Source: a virus. Taken from it: 64,000 nt of DNA. Under the pieces are notes generated by a model. That model had not been told where the DNA came from. It saw only the letters and a list, made by a program, of their open reading frames with translations, and did no database searches. The stretch lies in the IMG/VR virus record IMGVR_UViG_3300045988_129957, one strand, 5' to 3'. This document shows, piece by piece, positions 9,762 to 20,600 of this stretch. Every line of letters begins with the position of its first letter. Positions within the stretch are counted from its first letter, which is position 1. Both the position numbers and the translations under genes were made by a program.

Positions 9762-10769
9762 ATGGGTGGTGATAAAATCGTCCTTTTAGATGGAGCCGGG
9801 GCTAACGGTGGTGGTGCAGCCACTAACGGTCTTCTTTCAATGATTCCCGGCATGTTTGCTAATTTGATAGGTGGTAATAAAATGGATCCGAATCTGGTGG
9901 CGGCTTTGATGAACGGTCGTAATAACCAGGACGGTTTCGGTGGGGCTAACGGTTGGTGGCTCTGGATAATTGTTTTGTTCTGGCTGTGGGGTGGACGCGG
10001 CTTCGGTAACGGTTTTGGAAATGGTGGTGATTGTTGCGCCAATGGTTTACCCGCTCAGTTGAATAACGATTACGGTCGTGAGCTTCTGATGCAGGCAATT
10101 CAAGGTAATCGTAGCGCTATAGATCAGATCGCTTCTGCTTTGAACTGTTCTACTACTCAACTTCAGAGTGCTATCTGCAACGTACAGGGTGCTATTGATA
10201 AAGTAGCTGGTCAGGTAGGTATGACTTCTCAGGCTGTTATCAACGCAGTTCAACAACAAGGTTGTGAAATAGGAAATCAAATCAGCTCTTGCTGCTGCAA
10301 TCTGAGTTCGTTGATCAATCAAAGCACTTGCCAGACTCAGGGAATGATTACTCAGCAAGGTTTTGACAACCAGCTTCGCACGTTGGAACAAACCAATATC
10401 TTGCAGAACGGTCTCAACCAAGGTCTGGCTAACAATCGTGAGCAAGCTACAAGCCAATTCAATATCTTGTCTGCGAAACTTGATGCTCAAACCGTTATGA
10501 TCAACGACAAATTCTGTCAGTTGGAAATGAGGGAGATGCAGAACACTATTGCTCAACTTCGTGAAGAAAAAGCGGCTTTGACAGCTTCGGCATTATCTCA
10601 GCAACAAACCCAGAATATCGTTGGTCAATTACGCCCGACGGCCGTCCCAGCCTACCCCTCTTGTTCTCCTTACCAGGCTTATTCTTGGGGACAGGTATTC
10701 GGAGGAGGTTGCTACAATAACGGATGTGGATGTAACAACGGATGTTGCAATAACAACGCTGCTGTCTGA
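9762..10769 (+). CDS. Gly/Gln/Asn/Cys-rich protein with one hydrophobic helix (WWLWIIVLFWLWGG) and Cys-Gly-Asn C-terminal repeats
   Basis: 335-aa ORF; low-complexity composition; antisense ORFs over it are shadows. Confidence 0.55.
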   Translation: MGGDKIVLLDGAGANGGGAATNGLLSMIPGMFANLIGGNKMDPNLVAALMNGRNNQDGFGGANGWWLWIIVLFWLWGGRGFGNGFGNGGDCCANGLPAQLNNDYGRELLMQAIQGNRSAIDQIASALNCSTTQLQSAICNVQGAIDKVAGQVGMTSQAVINAVQQQGCEIGNQISSCCCNLSSLINQSTCQTQGMITQQGFDNQLRTLEQTNILQNGLNQGLANNREQATSQFNILSAKLDAQTVMINDKFCQLEMREMQNTIAQLREEKAALTASALSQQQTQNIVGQLRPTAVPAYPSCSPYQAYSWGQVFGGGCYNNGCGCNNGCCNNNAAV

Positions 10770-10792
10770 TTTTATTAAGAAAGGAGGCTAAT

Positions 10793-11206
10793 ATGGCTTG
10801 TGTTTCTAAAATAGGATCGTTGTATGAGGTGGTTACGAAGAATGTTATTGTCAGTACGACAAATACAATCTTCGGTATTAACCCACGGGCTTGGATCGCC
10901 CTTCCGTGTGAGGGTCTTATCCTTCTTAAGATAAGGCAAGTAGTCCCCACAGCCGGAAGTGCTCTACCGGTACAGATTGCGGTCCCGGCAAACAGCACAG
11001 TTTCAACAGTAGGAGCCGACACCTGTTGCTCGGTTACGGGAGTGAATGTCGTGAACCCTATTAACGTAGCTGTAACGGGTGCTGCTATGGTAAATGGCAC
11101 AGAACGCCTTCTGTACTTCAATAAAGTTCGTGGCGTGTTAAGATTAATGGATTGCTGTGTTCCAGTAGCGGCAGCCCAGGCGTCTGAAGTTAAAGCAGGT
11201 AAATGA
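10793..11206 (+). CDS. Hypothetical protein (137 aa)
   Basis: ATG preceded by strong SD aaggagg; co-oriented. Confidence 0.5.
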   Translation: MACVSKIGSLYEVVTKNVIVSTTNTIFGINPRAWIALPCEGLILLKIRQVVPTAGSALPVQIAVPANSTVSTVGADTCCSVTGVNVVNPINVAVTGAAMVNGTERLLYFNKVRGVLRLMDCCVPVAAAQASEVKAGK

Positions 11207-11256
11207 TTTCAGTAGGGTGATGGAGATCATCACCCTATTTTCACCTAAATAATATT

Positions 11257-11751
11257 TTGATCATGTTTTCAGATTTGAAGAAAGGGTTTCAGGTACATAC
11301 CCTTGATACTAATACAGTACCTAAATACGAATTGGGAAAGGTGGTAGCCGTATCCGAACCCAGGTATCTTCCTCCTCAGCCGGGTCAGTATCAGGCGATG
11401 CAGACCCGCGTGGTGGATCTGACGGTAGAGCTCACTGGCGAAACCAAGACCTATACGGTTCCGGAATCCCAGAATGTGGCTAAGGCTATGGGTATAACAT
11501 TATCTACCAGCATAGATCCGATTATGAACGAACTGAATGCTATAAAAAGCACCAGTCAAGACATAATAGACAGCGTAGATACCCATCGTGCTAAGATAGA
11601 GGCTTGTGAATCTATATTAGAAGATATCAATCCGGCATTCAAACAAACGAGAGAGCAGGATCGTAAAATAGCTGGTATAGAAAATAAGGTGAATGACCTT
11701 ACTGATTCATTCGAAGATTTAAAGAAGTTAATTGTAGAACGTTTGAAATAA
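11257..11751 (+). CDS. Hypothetical protein (164 aa)
   Basis: ORF in co-oriented block. Confidence 0.5.
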   Translation: MIMFSDLKKGFQVHTLDTNTVPKYELGKVVAVSEPRYLPPQPGQYQAMQTRVVDLTVELTGETKTYTVPESQNVAKAMGITLSTSIDPIMNELNAIKSTSQDIIDSVDTHRAKIEACESILEDINPAFKQTREQDRKIAGIENKVNDLTDSFEDLKKLIVERLK

Positions 11752-11758
11752 GTATAAT

Positions 11759-12136
11759 ATGATAGTATATGATTTAAATTCAGGACACAGAGAATATCCT
11801 GGATATGATGAGATAGAAGATAGGCGAGGTGGAGGCAGAGGCAGAAGCCGTCGTTCTGATGGGACGTACATGGAGTACGGACATGGGTTCCTTCCTCCTT
11901 ATGATCATTACGGTATGCATGAGAAGATGAAGGAAATGGAAGAACGCGAAAACGAGCTGGAAGAAAGGGAAAGAAGGCTCGAAGAGCGCGAACGTCGTCA
12001 TGAAATGGAGGACCGGGAATACCGGAGGATGGGTTACGAATCCTACCCGACCGATTACTATGGAGACGACAGATACTACGGTGACGGACCTCAGATGCGT
12101 AGAGGTCGAGGACGTGGCAGAGGTCGTTCTTATTGA
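11759..12136 (+). CDS. Arg-Gly-rich / Glu-Arg-rich low-complexity protein (125 aa), possible nucleic-acid-binding
   Basis: RGGGRGRSRR N-terminal and RRGRGRGRGRSY C-terminal RG repeats flanking ERE coiled coil; starts 8 nt after previous stop. Confidence 0.45.
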   Translation: MIVYDLNSGHREYPGYDEIEDRRGGGRGRSRRSDGTYMEYGHGFLPPYDHYGMHEKMKEMEERENELEERERRLEERERRHEMEDREYRRMGYESYPTDYYGDDRYYGDGPQMRRGRGRGRGRSY

Positions 12137-12229
12137 GGAGCAGACGCAGAGGATCCAGCTTATCAGAAATATGTAGATACTTACGGCTACCATTTTTCTA
12201 ATGCTCTTGCTGATGAGGCGGTAAAGAAG

Positions 12230-12523
12230 ATGGTCAACGTCGATGGATCCAAGAGGATCTGGAAGCAGCCGGAAATAAAAGATATTTTTGAAAAGTGCGG
12301 AGCGAAGAAGCCGGATAAAGCGACATGGGGCGATGTCCAATATGTCTTTGCAATGTACTATTCGGATGGTTTTCCGAAGGTCTTCAAATGTGAGAACGAG
12401 TTGGTGAAAGCTACGTTAATGTATTTGGATGATCCGGATGCTCCCGAAGGAGTAGCCTTTATAAGATGGCTTGCCGTGCAAGATTACCTCGGCGAAAAAA
12501 TAAACTGGAAGGATCTGACCTGA
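12230..12523 (+). CDS. Hypothetical protein (97 aa)
   Basis: ORF; terminator-like hairpin follows. Confidence 0.45.
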   Translation: MVNVDGSKRIWKQPEIKDIFEKCGAKKPDKATWGDVQYVFAMYYSDGFPKVFKCENELVKATLMYLDDPDAPEGVAFIRWLAVQDYLGEKINWKDLT

Positions 12524-12543
12524 GATCCAGGCCCTTCCGGTGG

Positions 12544-12595
12544 TGCGGGAGCCATAGTGAAAAATATGATTCCCGCATTCCCGTTTTTCCCGTTT
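12544..12595 (+). terminator. Candidate terminator
   Basis: tgcggga...tcccgca 7-bp inverted repeat followed by cccgtttttcccgttt. Confidence 0.35.
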
Positions 12596-12683
12596 GGAAA
12601 AAAAGGAATAAAAAAAATGTTATACCGGTCGGCGGGCAATAGAATACCCGTGGCCGGTTTGTTTCACATAACTTTTTTTTGAC

Positions 12684-12860
12684 ATGAATATAGCACACGA
12701 ATCTAAATCAAATAAAACACCCTTGTATTTAATAGGAGAGTTGATTGGCGTACCGAATACGGTTATGGACTCAGCATTGCATGAACTGAGAGATAGAATA
12801 GACAAAGACCCTAAATATAAAGATGTTAAAAATTGGCTCGAGTCTTTACCCAAGATCTGA
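12684..12860 (+). CDS. Small hypothetical protein (58 aa, below ORF-track cutoff)
   Basis: ATG 12684 to TGA 12858-12860, followed by strong terminator; overlapping minus ORF 12620..12874 is likely shadow. Confidence 0.35.
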   Translation: MNIAHESKSNKTPLYLIGELIGVPNTVMDSALHELRDRIDKDPKYKDVKNWLESLPKI

Positions 12861-12881
12861 ACCTGTTTTTTCAATACCAGG

Positions 12882-12918
12882 CCCGATGCGATTTTAACGT
12901 ATCGGGTTTTTATTTTAA
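12882..12918 (+). terminator. Rho-independent terminator
   Basis: cccgatgcg-attttaa-cgtatcggg (9-bp stem, one G-U) + tttttatttta. Confidence 0.55.
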
Positions 12919-12986
12919 TTCATATTGTTTTATTTTAAATCTAATTAATTCATGAATGTCGTACATTTGTTGAAAAAGTATTTTTT

Positions 12987-13214
12987 ATGGAAAATAAGGA
13001 AGATTACGTTGGTTACGAAGATCAAGAACTGTGTAACCGGTATTACAAAGAGGCTGAAGCCATGAGACAAAAGCAGGACTGGTCTCGGCTTAGGGCTGTC
13101 CCTGCTCCGGCTAAGGGAACGCCATCGCCCGGCTGGGGTCAGCTTGGACGTGGAAATGGTGTCAGTGTTAAGTACGTTAGCATCAATTCAGGATTAGGAG
13201 GGGACAGATTATGA
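12987..13214 (+). CDS. Hypothetical protein (75 aa)
   Basis: ORF; 4-nt overlap with next gene. Confidence 0.4.
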   Translation: MENKEDYVGYEDQELCNRYYKEAEAMRQKQDWSRLRAVPAPAKGTPSPGWGQLGRGNGVSVKYVSINSGLGGDRL

Positions 13215-13426
13215 CTGTAGAAGAATTGGCTAATAAAAGATACGGTGGCGAATTTGTTTTCATGTTTGGTCATCTTGAAGGTAGAACAAGATTCGTTTTT
13301 GAATGCTTTGATCCAAGACCTGATCATGAAGGTAAAAACACTTATATAGTTTCTTATTTTGATAAGGGACTTCGTAGAAGAGATGTGGTAGATGTGCCAT
13401 GTTATATGAATGTTTTAGCAAAATAA
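13211..13426 (+). CDS. Hypothetical protein (71 aa)
   Basis: ATGA overlap with upstream ORF. Confidence 0.4.
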   Translation: MTVEELANKRYGGEFVFMFGHLEGRTRFVFECFDPRPDHEGKNTYIVSYFDKGLRRRDVVDVPCYMNVLAK

Positions 13427-13446
13427 ATTAAAATATTGTAAATATC

Positions 13447-13854
13447 GTGGTTAGAATCGCATATTTCGGAACCGATGGCTGCCCCGGTCATCACGTTATT
13501 CCAATACGAGGTAAATTTACGGAAGAGGATATTAAGGTAATAGAATCTGTAGATTGTGATGATTTCTATAAGGTATTTGACGTCATGCGTTTTAAGATAG
13601 CTGAGTTTAAAGGATGGACGATATTGGGGATCCCGGCAAGCTTAGACGATCATAGACCTGGAAGCAAAACCGTTATCTTCATAGAGGGTAAAGCTAACGA
13701 AACTGACTTTATGGAAGTTATACAAGAGTATTCTTTTCTTAAAAATAAGGTAAAGAAACTTGCCGAATTGTATCATGATGGAGAATGGCTTGCGACTGGT
13801 AAATTGAATCAAGATCCGCCTACTAACAAGGAGCGGTTTCAATTTTCTACATAA
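13447..13854 (+). CDS. Hypothetical protein (135 aa)
   Basis: ORF, GTG start per track. Confidence 0.4.
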   Translation: MVRIAYFGTDGCPGHHVIPIRGKFTEEDIKVIESVDCDDFYKVFDVMRFKIAEFKGWTILGIPASLDDHRPGSKTVIFIEGKANETDFMEVIQEYSFLKNKVKKLAELYHDGEWLATGKLNQDPPTNKERFQFST

Positions 13855-14132
13855 TCCTAATAATGGTCGTATGCAAAGCGGTCATATTATAATAGATGGA
13901 ATTGGTCTGTTTAAACAAATAATTCATGAAAGGTAAAAAAGTTGATATTCGTTTAGGCAGAGGTCTGGCGAATCAGATTAAGATAAACAAAACCATCCCA
14001 GTGTCTCATAAACCAAAAGAAGAACGTCGAATGATGTTTATTTGTGGTGATGATATTGCTTCTCTTATAAAGCGGTTTGAAAACGAATCAAAGTAATATA
14101 AAGTAGGACATGTATCTTGTCCGATTTTTTTA

Positions 14133-14140
14133 TATATTTG
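14133..14140 (+). promoter_or_regulatory. TAtaTTTG -7-like motif only 4 nt before ATG 14145 (would give leaderless transcript)
   Basis: Exact TAnnTTTG match; spacing atypical. Confidence 0.2.
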
Positions 14141-14144
14141 TGGC

Positions 14145-14468
14145 ATGGCAAGAGGTTATTATTGGATACCACAAACAGATGAAACGTTAAATGGCAGAAG
14201 CTATTACGTGGCTAAGATAGTAGGAGATATCACGTTTGATACTAAACGAAAAAGAATCGTATTTCAAGCTGATAGGTATTTCCCTGTAGGATCTGTTTTC
14301 CATTTTACGCACAATTGCTTCAACTATATCATAACTTGCCGACTTCGTAAGCCGGGGCTTTGGTTTGAAGCCAGGAGAGAAGATTCAGGCTCTATTTGCC
14401 CTGAAGATATTGAGCGCTTTGAATCGGGAAGGTTTATACACCGAGATGGGTACATGCATTACATATAA
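14145..14468 (+). CDS. Hypothetical protein (107 aa)
   Basis: ORF. Confidence 0.4.
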   Translation: MARGYYWIPQTDETLNGRSYYVAKIVGDITFDTKRKRIVFQADRYFPVGSVFHFTHNCFNYIITCRLRKPGLWFEARREDSGSICPEDIERFESGRFIHRDGYMHYI

Positions 14469-14579
14469 GCTGAACTTGACGATTTTTCGTCAGATTATAA
14501 TTTTTTTTCATATTATTTTTAAGCCATCAGACTGAGAAGTTAGGTGGCTTTATTTTTTATGATATGCTTGATTTTTAAC

Positions 14580-14587
14580 TACCTTTG
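14580..14587 (+). promoter_or_regulatory. Candidate Bacteroidetes -7 promoter element TAccTTTG for giant gene
   Basis: Exact TAnnTTTG, 24 nt upstream of ATG 14611; preceded by hairpin/T-run of upstream unit. Confidence 0.35.
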
Positions 14588-14610
14588 TCTCATAACAAAA
14601 ATGTTTTACT

Positions 14611-17600
14611 ATGACATCAACGTGTATTATTAAAAGAGATAATAAAAATAAAGTTGTTTCTGTCTCTACCAGATCAGGGGACAGGTCTATGTTGTTTGAT
14701 AAAATAGCATCTATTCCTCTTATGGAGAATAGGGAACGGGCTACTACTGTTTTTAAAACCGTATTTTCTAATAAGTTCTTAAAGGCTTTTGGTGACTGGA
14801 GAAGGAATGTGCCTATCAACAAACAGGCTTACAATAAGGTAAAATCTAACATCGGCCTTATTCCAGAGACCTATAGAGAAAGGGTGCTGGATAAGGCTTC
14901 TAAGATGAGCAACCCTATTCTTGTGTCGAAATCAGATGCACCTTATGGGATTCAAGAATCAGGCTTTGGATTTTATAGCCAAGATCTGGGTGATAATATT
15001 ATGTTGGTGGATGCTATGGTTCCGTCAAGTATCTCCGTGCCGGAAGAACCAGGAATAGACTCAGGGCAGTATCTACAAGATGCTATATCTTCGGACTTCA
15101 CTCCCGTATCTATGGTACAGGATAATGATGTTAATTATATGGTTATAAAATACGGTCTTAAGATATTTAGTCCAGAAGAGCTACCAGAAACAGATTCTAA
15201 TCCTGTGGGTGTAACGTATCAGACTGGAGAACCTCGTTTGTTTTTTATGAATGATCGTAATCAATTATTTGAAGATTACGGAGAAGCTCTTCGCTCTGGC
15301 GGGAATGATATCAGAATAGGATTCTTATCAGGCATCGTTCAAGAATCTACCGTGGATGGAGTGGCAGACATTACTTACAAGGCTGGAAAGTATGTTCTTA
15401 ATAATCCCAAGTCTTTTATACCGGTCATGACCGCTTCTGCTTCTACTTCTTTATCAACAAAAGGCGGTATAATTAACTACCTTATAAAGAAAGGTCTTTT
15501 GTCCGGATCCAAGATATTCGATCCGGAAACAAGAAGCTATTATATTACAGGAGAAGGACATACAGGACAAATTAGACTTTTCAATTCAGCCTTATCCTAC
15601 ACTGAGCTCCGTAATCATTTTGGTTCCGATGTTTCCATGAACGACCAGGGTATGATAACCATAAATTCATTGGATAATAGTAAGGTAACTATGAGACTCG
15701 CCACCGGAGGAACAGAAAGAGTTAGCAAGGAGCAGATAAAGAGCGATCTTAAGTCTGGAAGATACAATGAATTGGATGCTAAATACGATCACTTTGATGC
15801 GCTTGTAGTTTCATTTATATTAGAAGACAATGATCTTTATGCTGATACTAAAGCTAAGATAGTATCGGATTATAGCCAAGAGGAACGTAATCAACGAAAT
15901 TCTATTGTTGAGATACTGAAAACGCTGGGCGTTAGTGTCGTTGGCATGACCGATTATATAGAGAAGTACCAAACTAAATACGGACACGAACCTTCTGCTA
16001 AGGCATTGGCGGATATTGCCAATAACGTAATAGCAGTCGGTGAAGATGCTACTTTGTCTGACTTAGTAGAAGAAACAGCACACTTTCTCGTAGAGGCGTA
16101 CAGAGATCAGAATGCTGTTGAATCTGTTTTGCAAGATGTAGAAGGCACTGAAGAATGGAATCAGTATGCAGGTCAGTATTATAATACATACGGTAAGGTA
16201 TATGAAGGCTCTGAACTTGATAATGCTGTTAGGAGAGAAATTCTTGGAAAGATCCTCGCCAGGGAGATGCAGACCGGTACAGCACAGGCGCCGGTAGAGC
16301 CCACCTCCTTCCTGGGGCGCGTCCGGCAGCTTTTCTCTGGAATCGTAAGCTGGCTTAAATCAGCTTTATCAACCCAAAGACAAGATTTGAATAACGTTAT
16401 TAAAAACATTCGTGATCTTGCCATTACTGACATAGATAAAGGATTTGACACCTCTCTGTTAAAGGATAATGACTTTACATTATACTCCCTTTCTTCTATG
16501 AAGAAGAACAAGTTTCTTGAGTCCAAGATCAGATCACTAAGAAAAACATTAAGAGACTTACGTCAGATAAGCTCTGATAGGGCTGTAACTACGTCTATGA
16601 CCCTTGCTCAGCTTAAGACCATAGAAGATAAGATAAATAAGGTAGAGACCGAAATAGACAAGAATGAGATGGCGGCTGCCATGAACAGCATGATCTCCAC
16701 AGCCGAAGCTCAGGTCAGATACTTAAGTAATGTGGTGAACACCATCCTTCATGGTGATGCCAAAGACGGCAAGCTTCATTTCAATACCAATGATCGAAAG
16801 AACGTAGATATTATCAACAATCAGGTTCTTCCGATCATGAACGATCTTCGAGGATATATCCGTAACAGAAGTACCGAATTTGATGAACGTGAAAAGCAGG
16901 ATTATACAAATAGGATCAATACCGTCATTGCCGACATCAACGGTATTCAGTCTGATATTAAATCAGTACAAGACCTTGATGAAAGCACGTTGCTTGATAA
17001 GTTAATGAACGAACTTCATGTGCCGGCAGATAAGGTAAAGAGAGTAAAAGAATTTTTCGACAAGGTTCAACACGATGTTTCTTGGATAAGTAGGTGGTTT
17101 GGTATATTAGAGCATTCTTCCAGTCCGTTCAATAACGCTCTTGGAGCTATGATTGCCAAAGACAATTACAATGCGATGGTGAATGCCCAGCCCGCCATAT
17201 CCGACTTCCTGGCATATGCGAAAAAGCATGGTTTTAACAAATCTGAATTTGAAAAACTGCTTCAGAAAGTAGACGGCAAAACTTCTAATTACCTTCGTAG
17301 TGCTCTTGATATGGCTAAATACGATCGTAATAAGAAGCTGGCGCAGATGCGAGCGTTTGCGACTGCCATGAACATAGAGATATCAGAAGAAGAAATTGGT
17401 GATGTGGTTGACAATAACCGTAATTACGTATTTAAAAGAGAAGTAGTTGACAAGGATGGAAATACGGTTACTGAAAACGCTAAATTCAAACCATCGTCTG
17501 ATAGAGTTAATACCGATATTTTTACCATCGAGCAGGAAAAGATCTATACAGAGCAGATGGAAAAGTGGGATGCTGAAAATTCGGAACTGGAATTTAGCGA

Positions 17601-20600
17601 AAGTTATGCCACAAGAATGGAATCCATATACAAAAAGGCCGAAGAAGAATTAGGGCATCCGGTTTCTCAAACAACCAAAGAATACCTTAATGCTCTTTCT
17701 CGGCAGAAGCGGATATTGAGGCAGCCTTTTATTGATAGCGGTGGTAATTTTGATGAGGTTGCCTATTTTAAAAGCAGCAATTACGAAGAAGAAGGACTGC
17801 TTCGTAAACAACGTAAGGAAGCAGCTTCAGAATACATATATGTAGGAACCAGGAGAGTGGAAAAAACCGGCGACCAACTTAAGATGGCCAAAGAAATACA
17901 AGCTATAAATGAAGTTTGGAGAAAGGAATCAAATAATGCCACTAATGCCGTATCAGAATCGTTTTTGCAAAAATTAAGAACGATTCAGAGCGAGTCTGGA
18001 GGAGAAGCTGCGCTGAAGACACTTATGTTGGGAGGTCACCTGTCATTCAACGATCGGTTTTGGAATGATGTAGAATCAGAACAGTCGGCACGTACCGAAT
18101 CAAATAACAAGGCTTCGTATCTTAAAATGGCGCATGATATCATTAGTTCTACGACAAGTGATAGAGATGCGACTGACGTGGATTCTATTGTGAAAGATAT
18201 AGAAAAAAATAAGGCTATTATCAAGGAAATAATCGGAAACAATCGCGATGTGGCTGATATCGGAGAGATTAACGAAGCGACATTTACCTCATCTGAAAGA
18301 GATGCTTTTAGGGCCGCATCTGAAGCTATTGAAGCCGATTACGCTATTTTGATAGATTATGCTAAGATGGTGGGTCTTGAAGATATTGATAAGTACCTTA
18401 CTAAAAGCAGTAAGGCTGAAAACGAAGTAAATCAGTCTTATTTAAATGCTCTTGCTGACTCCAAGGAAGTGGAATGGAAGTTCGTACAACGTCATACTAC
18501 GGCGAAGAAAGCAAAAAGGATTCAGGCTTTAAGGGATAAGCTGTTTAAGGCTGCTGATAACCGATATCTGTTTACCGTATCTGAAACCAACTACCTGTCA
18601 GAAAAGCTTGGTATAAGCAAAGAATTAGACGGTAGAGATTTCAGGAATGCTGTTAATGCTAAGATGGCCAGCTTATTTTTAAATAATACAAGAGAAGAGG
18701 GCGTAGAAGAAGCTAATGCTATTGTTAATGAATTTGCCAGAAGCCAGGTTTTTTCGTACTATAAACGCATGGCGCCTACCGGATATGCAGCTATGATCGA
18801 CAAAATCGGTCGAGGTGAGATAGATGTGGCGCAAATGGTTAAGGACGTACAAAACGGTACATCCACCCAAGATTATGGCATGGACATATCGTACTTGTCT
18901 TTCGACCCTGCAAGGGCATGGGTGGCTGAATCTGAAGCCGAAAATAGCGGTCGTAATCCTGATTATGTAAAAGATCATGGGTATGGTCATCGAATGCCTA
19001 AGAAAAGCCTGTATCGTGACGAATCGTATTTCAATGACTTTGGTATCAAGTATGATGCTGACGGTAATGAGGTTGCTACTAAAAACGTAGAGCAGTGGAA
19101 TATGATTCAAAAACTCAAGGAAATAAAAAGACAATCCCTTGATCTATACAAAGAGCAGAGCCCGAACCTGTATGCTATTCCACAGATATCCAAACAAGAT
19201 ATAGAACGTGTAGAAGGATTGGGTATTAACTTCAAAAATACGGTTCGTAATTTTGTATCAGATCTGTGCCTGGACAGAGTAGACGATTCTCTATATGGTA
19301 AGACCAGGCAAGGAGAAGTGTATGATCCAGAAGACAGGCTTAGGCCTATACCTAAATACTACATATATGAATTGGAGAACCAAGATGATGTATCTCACGA
19401 TTTTGGCTACTCTTATTCGATGCTTATGATGCAGTCATCGTTATACAACGAAAAGCAGAAGTCTATAGAGCTCGCTCAAGGACTGGAGCAGATGTTACTA
19501 AATAAACAATTTGAAGGTGGTAAAAAGGCTGAAGCAACCCAAGCATATCAGATGTTCAGGGACTTCTTCAACGATCATTATTATGGCATTAGGATGAACA
19601 CCAAAAAACTTACGGTGAACATCGGAGGATATACGGTAGACCTTACAAGAATTATGATGGCTGTTGAAAGGTTTATGTCGGTCATGAACTTGGCACTGTC
19701 TCCATTTGTGGCAGCTACCGGCGCCTTAACAGGTCATATCAACCTCATCATGGAATCTGCCGTAGGACAGTATATAAGCAAAGACTCCCTTAAATACGCA
19801 TCGGCTGAATTTTCACGCCTTGCTCCATCTTGTATAGCAGAAACCGGAGACATAGATAGGAAAAGCAAATTATATGTCATAGGTGAGAGAATGGGGATAT
19901 TCAATATCCGAAATCGTATGTATGGTGCCGGATACAATAGAGCGGCCAGGACCTTAATGCGTTCACCTATGTATGCTTTTATGGAAATCCTGAACTACCC
20001 TCTTGATCCGCAGGTTATGATTGCTACTATGGACAATGTTCGTTATTACAAAGGCCGGTTCTACACGTTCCAAGATTTCAAGATGGAAAAAGAACGCAAT
20101 AAAGAACAGAGTACCATAAAAAGAGAATGGAACGCATTAAAAGATCGTACTTTATGGAGTATGGTAGACGTCGTGGATGGAAAGGTGGTTGTAAAGCCCG
20201 GATCAGGTGTTACTGTTGAGGAAGTTGAAACCCAGATGGCTATAACCAGGAATCAAGTCCGTAGCTTGTCGCAGATATGCAACGGATCTTTGAATGAAGA
20301 AAACCGAACTGCCGCATCGCGCAACTGGATAGCCAGGTTCACGACCGCCCACCGAGGATGGTTGGTGCTGTCGGCTCAACGTCTGTGGAAAAGACGTGGC
20401 TTCAATTTCCAGACAATGCAAGAAGAGGAAGGGTTGTCAATTACGTTAAAGAATATGATAGCCAAAACATTTAGCCTGACTTCCGAGTCTGGTATGAAAA
20501 ACATCATAGATGCCTGGAATGAAAATAAAGACAATATGAATGAGGTAGAAAAAACCAATCTCAAACGTCTCAGTGTCTATGCCGGCACGTTCCTTATCAT

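Noticed and set aside
9746-11121. Long minus-strand ORFs (9746-10042, 10047-10556, 10546-11121) antisense to the Gly/Gln/Cys-rich gene and its neighbour
   Set aside because: Shadow ORFs produced by the biased codon composition of the +-strand genes. They oppose the uniform + orientation of the block and have no start context.
11780-12340. 186-aa minus-strand ORF antisense to the RG/ER-rich gene
   Set aside because: Same shadow effect; the +-strand ORF starts 8 nt after the previous stop and fits the operon.
12620-12874. 84-aa minus-strand ORF
   Set aside because: Opposes block orientation and overlaps a better-supported 58-aa +-strand ORF that ends at a strong terminator.
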